64,000 nt of DNA, from the NCBI RefSeq assembly GCF_006345805.1, contig NC_043008.1, positions 69,812,001 through 69,876,000 of the forward strand, read 5' to 3'. Position numbers and translations under genes: made by a program. The DNA is from Octopus sinensis (lineage: Eukaryota). How positions within the stretch are numbered: the first letter of the stretch is position 1; each line of letters begins with the position of its first letter. The notes beneath the pieces are model-generated. The model ran no database searches and was not told the DNA's origin. It saw only the letters and a list, made by a program, of their open reading frames with translations. Shown piece after piece: positions 54,150 to 64,000 of the stretch.

Positions 54150-54525
54150 GTCGTTTCAGACATTAGACTGCGGCCATGGTGGGGCACTGCTTTGAAGAAG
54201 TGTTTAGTTGAATGAGTCGACTTATCTTTATTTATTTTTAAAGCCTGGTACTTATTCTATTGGCCTTTTTGCCAAACCACTAAATTACAGGGACGTAAAC
54301 AAACCAACACTGGTTGTTAAACAATGGGTGGGACAAAGAAAGACACACACACACGCACACATACACGCAATGGACTTTTTTCAGTTTCTGTCTACCAAAT
54401 TCATTCATAAGGCTTTGGACAGCCCAAGGCTATAGTAGAAGACATTTACCCAAAGTGCAATGCAGTGAAACTGAACCTGGAACCGTGTGGTTGGGAAACA
54501 AACTTCTTACCACACAGCCATGCCT
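54150..54525 (-). mobile_element. Family B SINE
   Basis: Same architecture as 24441-24790 and 49300-49690. Confidence 0.85.
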
Positions 54526-54573
54526 GTTTTGTGTTTTGTTTTCTTTTAGTCAGGCGGGATTGAAAGACATATC

Positions 54574-54618
<45 letters not shown>

Positions 54619-55696
54619 AGATATTTAGGAATACACATTGCTGTGGAGCTAAGAGGTTAGTCTCATTACCATGTAACTCTGAGTCTGATTGCACTGCATT
54701 CTTGTGCAGCTGTAGCTTTGAGTTGATGAATTCCTTGTCAGTGAAATTTGGTAGATATGCAGGTGAACCAGTAATACACTATTTATGTACATTACTTTCT
54801 GACTCACCTTTACAGAAACTGTTGAAGCCCATTGTGTTCATGCATGCATGCACGTGCACACACACACACACATACACACACACACACACATATATGTTGA
54901 AGTATATACCTCACTACAGTGAAAGAGTTGTACTTATCATCCTAACTCCCTTAGACCATTTTGAAGTATTTACTTAAGACCTACATGTACTATGTATCCC
55001 AAACCGCTCTACCAATACTCACCCTCTGACCATTTGGTACCAGCGTCCATCACCCACTTTCACCAGTTATCCACCTCTTGTAATCCATGGCTCCATCACT
55101 TTTGTACTCTCTTGTATAACTGGTACCACAATGAATTTAACCCATTAGAATTCAGATTAGTTTGTCGAATGTAATGCTTATCTATTCACATTGTTTTGAA
55201 TTGGCCCTGCATTATCTTGTAGCTCTGAAATTGCAATGATGTTATTGTTTAATTTTGAGTAAGACATTGTAGAATAGGTGTGACGGTTTGGTCAGTTTGA
55301 ACATAAAATATTTTGGGCTGGATATGGCTGGTTTAATTGCAAAAGAGTTAAACCAGTGGACCCTATTAAGTGTAACATTGTGAGGACTCTTTATTTCTGT
55401 CAAAGACTTAACAATCTCTCCAGCAGTGGTGCTGTGACAAAAATGCACCCACCCTTACTGAGTGGTGGGTTAGTGTTAGAAAGAACATCCTGCTATATAG
55501 AATAAGCCAAAAATGAAACTGACATGTAAGATGTGTAGTCCCTTTTGACCTAGAGGAGCTACAATGATTCATCCAACCCATGCCAGTATGAAAAGCAGAT
55601 GTAATATGATGAAAGTGATGATGATGATATTGTTTTTATTTGCAGTCTAGAAATGTGGTGTTGGTTATGTTTAAGTCCAGTATATTTCCAGTGCAG

Positions 55697-55915
55697 TAAG
55701 ATGGCGAGCTGGCAGAAATGTTAGCACTCCAGGCGAAATGCTAAGTGATATTTTGTCTGTCTTTACATTCTGAGCTCAAATTCCACCATGGTCGACTTTA
55801 CCTTTCATCCTCTCAAGGTCAATAAATTAAGTACCAGTTGTGTACTGGGGGGGGGGGGGTCGATCTAATCGACTGGCCCCTTTGCCAAAAGTTTTGGGCC
55901 TTGTACCTAGAGTAG
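55697..55915 (+). mobile_element. Family A SINE
   Basis: aagatggcgagctggcagaaatgttagc..ggtcgactttacctttcatcc..aattaagtaccagttg. Confidence 0.85.
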
Positions 55916-56074
55916 ATGAGTATATTTGCAGTGCAGTAAATAAAGGTTGATAAGCAGCAGATGTGAAAATATGTACTAGTGTTAATATGAGTGAATAGGT
56001 GTTACTTCTTGAAGGTGTTGTAACTGCATAACTGCGGTCCAATGACTGAATCGAGTTTAAGAATTATACATCTG

Positions 56075-56255
56075 TGTCTGTGTGATAGATTGCTAGCCAC
56101 TAAACCTTTTTTTTATTTTCTCTCCCTGTTTATTTCTGTGTTCCTTTCTGTCGAAGAGTGTAGGTTCGAAACATAAAAGACTTTCTCACTTCCCGAGCAT
56201 TAAAATAATACATCTGTTTGTTATTTATGCACCTGTCTTCTTTTGCTTTTTTTAT
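56075..56255 (+). mobile_element. Penelope-like pLTR-type repeat
   Basis: gatagattgctagccact..gttcctttctgtcgaagagtgtaggttcgaaacataaaagactttctcac; related copies at about 44750-44925 and 57520-57555. Confidence 0.7.
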
Positions 56256-56557
56256 AAATTCTCACTATACACACATACATACATACATATTTCAAGGATT
56301 TTTATAAAAGCATAAACAGAAAATTTGACAAAACCATAACACACACAAAATTCGTAGCTAATTCCCCATCAGTCAAGGTGAAACTGTTATGATCCCTTAG
56401 ACGTTGATTGATGCGGAATTAACTATGAATTTTCTGTGTAATATAGTTTTGTCAAATTTCCTGCTTGCTTTTGTTAAAGTTTCCGTTGATATGTTTTTAT
56501 AAAAATTCTCGAAATATTATTTATGTAATGCAGCGCACATTCTTTATATTTTTTTTA

Positions 56558-56614
<57 letters not shown>

Positions 56615-58250
56615 CACATATATATATATATATATATATGCATATATATATGTGTATAAAGTAAAGGTTAAAGACCCCCTCCCTTTGGTCATGAATGACC
56701 ATGAGATTACACCTAGAAAGTTACCCTCCAAGGCAAAGTCTGGGCTAGGTTATTTATGGAAGACCAGTAGTTGCCTATGTATATCAACCTCCACTCTCCA
56801 TGCCACTGATGCTATCCAAAGGAAAGGCAAAGGCTGATACAGCTTTGCACCAGTCACATCACAACTCATTTCTACAGCTGACTGAACTGAAGCAACGTGA
56901 AATAAAGTGTCTTGCTCAAGCACACAACATACTGTCCAGTCCAGGAATTGAACTCACTACCTCATGATTATGAGTCTGATGCTCTAACTACTGAGCCATG
57001 TGTCTTCACACATGTATGTATGATTACATATAGATAATTATTTAATTGCCCATAATACAGATATAAAGGCACATTCAGCAGAATTGAATGGTAAATTTTT
57101 ATATCATCAAGTAATATATTACTTGTTATATTATATAACTGGTGAGAATGCAACTGTCATACTAAATATTTCCACCGGACTATATTGACAACTCTTCGGA
57201 TACTCTGGTCGGAAGCATATACTCTCTTTTGTCTTTTTGTCTGTCTGTCTCCCCCCACTCTCTCTCTCAGTATATATATATTTTGTTAAAGATGAAAAAA
57301 ATCTTCTAAAACTGTTACTCAGAGTTTCATGTTACTGTTTTTGTTAGACAGTTGTGATCATACACACAGCTGTTGGGCGAACATTAATGTAAAGCTCTGA
57401 TTAACAGTTTACGAAGAGTTTGGAGGCTTAATAAAAAGCATAATTACTCTACCTTCAGTATTTGAGTACCACTTCTTCCCACCTTGTTTTGCATTTATAT
57501 ATCTGTGTGTATGTGTGTGTGTCTGTGTGATAGATCGCTAGCCACTAAACCTTTTTCTTGTGTGTGTGTGTGTGTGTGTGTGACAAAAAGCAGGAGCTAT
57601 GTAATCACCTTCATTAGCTTATAGCTATTTCTGCTACAAGAAGCATTGCTCTCAGTATTGAATGCTTGTTCAGCATCTTATAGCTTCCTCAGAGCCAACA
57701 CAAAGATCTTTGAGTGCAAGGCTACCTATAAAAGGAACAGCTGTAAAGTAATGAAAGTGATTATGTAACACTTGTTGTTTTGTCATTCATTAATCAATGT
57801 TATTCTCTCTACTCACCAGTTGCTTTATTCTAATGCATAAGTGTATTGAGTTCTAAGAACTGGTTATTAGTAGTGCTATGCATAAGTGAAACTGTATGAT
57901 ATACATATATATATATATTTGTATACACACACATATATAAATACATGCACACTCACCATAAAACTTTATCTGTATGGCTGCAGCTATGATTAAATAACCA
58001 CTATATATTTATCCATGGCTAGGCACTTCATTTTAGGTCAATGTCTGTAACAGATTGTAACTGAAATAAAGGAGACAGAGAGAAAGAGGGAGAGAGAGAA
58101 AGGGAGAGATTGGGGTAAACAAGATAAAAATTATCTGTCAGTCTAATAGTTGTAATATCAATGAAATTGATGGGCAAAAAAAACAGAAATTTTCTTGGTT
58201 TGAGGAGAAATTTAATTTGTTGCTTTTCAAATGTTTTACTCTCTTGTTAG

Positions 58251-58399
58251 CGGATGGCTATGGTTCTGTAGCACTAGAGATGACTGGCTTAAAACAACCA
58301 TTCTCTGCGCTTCCTGCAAAAACAAACATATACAAAAATGTCTTCTCGATGTTAAAGAGACTTTACAAAGGACGACTGTTTACTAGATATCAACATTAG
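58251..58399 (+). CDS. Candidate terminal exon: DGYGSVALEMTGLKQPFSALPAKTNIYKNVFSMLKRLYKGRLFTRYQH*
   Basis: Strong acceptor ttttactctcttgttag; 149 nt to TAG; unique sequence. A second plus frame and a minus frame are also open, so strand and frame are uncertain. Confidence 0.3.
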
Positions 58400-58853
58400 A
58401 ATTAACCATTTGTGATCAATGTCTTCAGTTGGTAAATCTTTTAACCGAAAGATGACTGAAAGAAAGAGAGCAAGAGGAAAAGGGGTGCGGATGGGGGTGC
58501 AGAATTAATATAAGAATGAATGAATGAATGAATGACGAAGAGAGGAGTTACAAAGAGAAACATAGAAAAAAAAGAAAGGTTGAATGCGAATTAAGACAAC
58601 AACAACTAAAACAAGAAGAATAATGACAAAAAAGTGTAATAGAAAAGGAGAGCAACTTATTTATATTTATCTGTTTATATATAATGTTCTTACAGCTTTT
58701 AACATGATAACATCTACATCAAAAGGATGGAAATTAAAGAGAATTACAATAATAAAACAACAACAAGACATTACAGACTTTTCTTTCTCTTTCTCACACT
58801 CCCTTGCTCTTTCAATCTCTTTCTCTCTCTGTCTTTAAAATCTTTGTGAATGT

Positions 58854-58884
<31 letters not shown>

Positions 58885-59046
58885 ATATATAAATGATGAT
58901 TATAGGAATGTTTATATATAGCTATATTTTTGTATATATGTGCATATGTATGTATATATAAATGTGTGTATATATATATAAATGATTATAGGAATGTTTA
59001 TATATAGCTATATTTTTGTATATATGTGCATATGTATATATATGAA

Positions 59047-59087
<41 letters not shown>

Positions 59088-59165
59088 AATGATGATTATA
59101 TGAATGTTTATATATAGCTATATTTTTGTATATATGTGCATATGTATATATATATATATGAAGAT
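58885..59165. repeat. Three-copy minisatellite (about 90-105 bp) with embedded (TA)n
   Basis: ataaatgatgattata(g/t)gaatgtttatatatagctatatttttgtatatatgtgcatatgta repeated three times. Confidence 0.85.
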
Positions 59166-60715
59166 ATTTGAACATATATGCCTTGTGAATGTATATGTTT
59201 GTGTATATTGTGTGTATGTATATCTATCTATATGTATGTATATTTGTATGTTTATTTCTATATACGTGCATATATGTATATGTATTTATATATGTATGTA
59301 TATCTATATGTATGTATATTTGTACGTTTATCTGTATATATGTGCATATATGTATATCTATAAATGTATGTATATATATATATATATATATGTATACTTG
59401 TGTATTTGGATATTTATGTGTGCATATATCTTTCTTATGACATGAACTACACACACACCCACACATATGTTCATCACCATCATCAATAGTGTTTTATGAC
59501 TGTATGACCGTTATGCAATTTGAATGATTTAAACAGAAATGAGCTGAGAGAAATAAGTTAGTGGCCAATGGCATGAATAGGGGAGCATAAAAGATGACAA
59601 AAAAAAGGTAATTTGTGTTTAAATTATGCAGATAACCCAAGGCCATTTTTGTTTAAATTATTCAATTTACCTCAGCTATAAATGTTTACTAGCCTTCCTG
59701 TATTTGTCTAAATCTCATGTCTGTTAAAGTTGAGATAGGATAACTGCTGTTCTGATGATGCCAGTAGAGGTAGAAATATATACCCATACTTGTCCTCTTG
59801 TAACAAGGTGATTAAATTGTCATTGTCTTTGAATGGCATAAGTTTGGAGAATCCCTGATTTCTGAGATTATCTCCTTTCCACTTTTAAAGTTTGTTGCTT
59901 TTACCACAAGTTATTTGTTTATGTATCTCATGAAGCAAAGATGGATTCAGTAAATCAGGAATTTTTCTCGTATAGTATTTAATATATTTTTATTCCTTGT
60001 CTGTCTTTATGTTATGAGTTCAAATTCCACCAAGGTCGACTTTACTTTTCATCCTTTCAGGGTTGATAAATTAAGTACCAGTTGTGTACTGGGGTTGATC
60101 TAATTGACTGGTGACCTCCCCCAAAATTTCAGGCCTTGTGCCTGAAGTAGAAAAGGAAATGTTTTTATTCCTCTTTCAAGTCCATAGTCTGTGACTAGCA
60201 ACTCTGGGTTTTTCACATCCTTCTATCCATCCATCCATCCATCCCCCCCACACAAATATCTGTTGTGTGTGTGTGTTGGGTCCTCCTTGTCATGACAAAG
60301 CACACAGTTTGTAAACAAATTATTATTTATATAAAACTCATTTTTCTGTTGAACTGTCCACGATAGCAGAAAGATATTCAATGAGGATGATGTATATGTA
60401 TAAATTTATACAGTACACACACTGACACACACACACACACACAATCGTTTTAGCATCCACTTTTTTATGCTTGCATGGGTCAGACAAAATTTGCTGAGGC
60501 AGATTTTCTATGGCTAGATATGTTTTTGCAAAAGGTTGGAAATGACCCACTATTTGTCTGAAAATGACACTTATTTACAACTATATGTTAAGAGAAAGAA
60601 ACACACACATACATATATTTATAAATCTAATATATATACGCAAATAATATATACATGTGTATCTATATCTATGTATCTATATCTATATATCTATATCTAT
60701 ATATATATATATATC

Positions 60716-60775
<60 letters not shown>

Positions 60776-60804
60776 CACACACACACATTTACACATACAT
60801 ACAA

Positions 60805-60933
60805 TAAGCATTTTTCAGTTTCCATTTCCCAAATTTGGTAGAAGATACTTAACTGAGGTGCCATGCAGTGTGACTGAATTCAAAATCTTACGTTTGGAAA
60901 ACAATTGCAGCAATTCATACACACACATACGCC

Positions 60934-60995
<62 letters not shown>

Positions 60996-61240
60996 TGTAT
61001 GCCTTCATGTGTGTGTACCTTTGTGTCTGTGTTTGTCCTCCTACCATCACTTGACAACTGATGTTGGTGTGTTTGATTCCCTGTAATATAGAAGTTCGGC
61101 AAAAAAGACCGATAGAATAAGTAGTAGGCTTACAAAGAATAAGTCCTGGGGTCAATTTCTCCAACTAAAACCCTTCTAAGTGGTGCTCCAGCATGGCCAC
61201 AATCAAATGACTAAAACAAGTAAAAGAAAAAGAATAAAGA
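60805..61240 (+). mobile_element. Family B SINE with internal microsatellite expansion
   Basis: 3' half: cttgacaactgatgttggtgtg..gaataagtcctggggtc..ggtgctccagcatggccacaatcaaatgactaaaacaagtaaaaga. Confidence 0.8.
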
Positions 61241-61649
61241 ATATGGTGTATCCACACTTCCAGCTTGTACCCCTCCAATATAGCCCCCCACCCTGGAACA
61301 GCAGTTCTTAACTGCGTTTCACATGATCCTTGAGGGTCTACAGAAGATTTTACTGTTAAAATTTATGTGCGATAAATTGTCTATACTTCTACAATATGCA
61401 ATATAATCTATTCTTTTTTTTATACAATTCCAATTAACATCTACTTATAAGAATATTATGGGAATTTTTTTTTAGCATTAAATGTCTGTGGGGGTCCATC
61501 CAAGTAAAACATGAATCAAAGAGGTCCATAGATAAAAAAATCAATTAGGGCCACTGGTCTAGAATATGAATCTACTGGAAGCTGTCCAGAGACATGTGAC
61601 CAGACACCAACTATATTTTGAATGTCTTGCTTGTCTGGGTATCAATACA

Positions 61650-61830
61650 CTAGAGCTTTGATGTTTAGCAACTGATTTGATAGAAGCCCACAAGGTGTTT
61701 CTTCATTTTCCCAATATCTTCTTTGACTACCTCTTTTGAATTCAATATCTCTACCACTCATGGAAATGTTTATAAACTTAAAAAAAACAACAAAAATAAC
61801 TGTGCAACACCTATGGCTTCTAAAAACATC
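61650..61830 (+). mobile_element. CR1-group LINE 3' remnant
   Basis: DLIEAHKVF / LFEFNISTTHGNVYKLKK resembles the CR1 DLIE.YKI..LF...S.TRGH.YKL motif. Confidence 0.55.
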
Positions 61831-62918
61831 TTTAAACACTCGTACTTGTCAAAGCATAGAAGCTTAAGCTATACACATTAGTTGTTAACTATTAGAAACC
61901 TGCACCCTTCACAAATTCCATGCTTCCCCAAAATTTCTAACTCCACACTTGACATGTCTGTGCACCCTTTCCTCTTTATATCTCTTTTACTATTCCGTTT
62001 GCTGTCTTTTTTTTGTTCTCTTCTATATACTGTGTGTGTACAATTACCTTTAATTGCTTTCTTTACCTGACTTACATATATGCTTTCAGTCTTCCCTTTT
62101 GACCTTTTCCAATGAGCTACATTTCATCTAAGCACTGTATACAATAATATCATCATTATTATTATGTGTAAATAAATTTTAAATAGACACACACAAACAC
62201 ATGTGTGTTTGTGTTTATATGTATGTATATGAGAGAGAAGCAGAGATAGATATACATACATTGCATACACACACACACTACATTGTATATTCACATTAAT
62301 AATTAATAATGAAATATGATATGATATAAAATGAAATCAAAATAAAAGCAACAACAATGAATAATCATGTAAACAAAATGAAACAACACATTGTTTACAT
62401 TCTTTGATGGAGTTTTTTTATGGGCAGGTTTTTGTTGCCAGAACTTTAAATCTAAAATAGATAAGGGTATATATAGATTAAACATTTATACATATGCATA
62501 CATACATATATAAATACACACCATGCATACACTCACAAACCTACCTATACATACATGCATATTTGTACACACATGCATGCACACTTCTATCCATATGTAT
62601 GTATGTATGTATGTATGTATGTGTGTGTGTGTGTATGTATGTATGCAGGCAGGCATATATCTATACACACACATATACACACACATATTATCATGTATAT
62701 AACTGAACAAAAGCATAAACAGGCAGTCATCAGGTATCAAGTCAGTTTATAACATACCTAAACATGCGTAACATATTGAAGAGTAAAGCAAACAATATGT
62801 GTAAAGGAATATATGTATATCTATCTGTCTGTCTGTCTGTCTATATATATAGTCAGGAAGAGTCCCAAATGTGAAAAGTTCCTAATATTTGCAATGTAAA
62901 CGGATATACTCCAGATAC

Positions 62919-63060
62919 TGGAAAAGAGTTCATATAGTTTAGTTGGTAGCAGGATTGTGTCACAGGTAAAAGCCTCGGAAATGCATCTTATTTTAACATT
63001 GCATGGTAGTTGGTTAATTATTGTGATTCTCATACAAGCAGTGTCATCAGTTTTGAAAAC
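62919..63060 (-). CDS. Candidate internal exon: VFKTDDTACMRITIINQLPCNVKIRCISEAFTCDTILLPTKLYELFS
   Basis: Acceptor tttccccttgtccggacag; 142 nt open (phase 0 to 1); donor gtatct; beta-sandwich-like alternating pattern. Family not identified. Confidence 0.35.
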
Positions 63061-63215
63061 CTGTCCGGACAAGGGGAAATATTATTTTACTTGGAAATAG
63101 GTGAAGATTAGTGAGAGGAAGGCCATTAAGTCATAACAAATCTGCCTCAATTAATTCTGACTAACCCATGCGAGCATGGAAAAGTAGACATTAGAGCAAT
63201 GATGTTGAGGTATGA

Positions 63216-63258
<43 letters not shown>

Positions 63259-63444
63259 CATATCTTCTATAAATCTGCATTCATGTTTACTTAGACACAC
63301 GCACACACATACACATATATGTATATATGAATACATGCATGCAACTGCTTATATATCAAAATGCATTTACATATAAACTCTGTATGTCTGTATATATATA
63401 TGGTTATATTCATACACACACACACACACACACACATTTACATA

Positions 63445-64000
63445 CACGTGGTCTGATCAATAAGTATCCAGACTATTGCCATAGTAACAACACTAAAGCA
63501 TGCAGAGTAAAGCCACTTGGCACAGATTGACCTTGGATTCTGTTATGCCTATGCACTAAGTTTTAACATTCTCACTCACTTATGCTGTTTATAGCAGTGC
63601 TTGAAAGCAAGGTATGTAGTGTGTGATCATCACATTGACCATGACAGAAAGAGTTGAGCAGAAAATCTGCATCAAATTTTTCAAAAGCTTGGTGATATCT
63701 GCTCAGAGGTCTATGCAGGGTTTTCAAAAAGTTTTGATTGTTCTCGACACAATCAAGAAGATCTTGTGCAACTGAAACTCAAGTGCCTTTTTGGTCAGCT
63801 GAAAGTAGTTTTGGCACAAACTTGGCCGACACGCATTTCATACCCAAATCTTCAGTGATAATGGACTGAACTGAATTGTAACTAATCTGCACATCCTTTG
63901 ATAACTTACAGATGGTGATTCGATGATTTCCCCTCACACCTGCACGCACGTCTGTGATGTTTTTCTCAGTTCTGTTGATTGCAGATGTCCCAGAATATTC
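63445..64000. mobile_element. Mariner element with internal inversion (runs off the window)
   Basis: TIR-like cacgtggtctgatcaataagtatcc; plus-strand MTERVEQKICIKFFQKLG; from about 63720 mariner coding (..GMKCVSAKFVPK..) is on the minus strand. Confidence 0.75.

Noticed and set aside
61642-61839. Minus-strand ORF with a strong acceptor
   Set aside because: The plus strand is a CR1 3' remnant that explains the sequence.

Overview
AT-rich, microsatellite- and transposon-dense animal genomic DNA. The SINE, RTE and mariner repeat families look like those of coleoid cephalopods, probably Octopus (inference from recognised repeats, not a database hit). Nearly all ORFs in the supplied track are translations of (TA)n/(CA)n/(CAT)n repeats or transposon debris. 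Securely identifiable content is mobile DNA: RTE, CR1, HERO-type and CRE-type LINE fragments, several tRNA-derived SINE families, Penelope-like remnants, mariner/Tc1, hAT and Merlin relics, and MITEs, several with exact TSDs. No host gene can be named, but several splice-flanked open frames are plausible exons of unidentified genes. Most interesting: (1) a CpG-retaining, microsatellite-poor block at about 11-29 kb between two CpG-depleted flanks, a likely methylation footprint; (2) a minimal hammerhead-ribozyme core in a Penelope-like insertion at about 29.3 kb; (3) a Merlin transposase relic with Merlin-type MITEs in the same block; (4) several long fold-back elements that would form dsRNA if transcribed. 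I found no clear evidence of a wholly new biological system.
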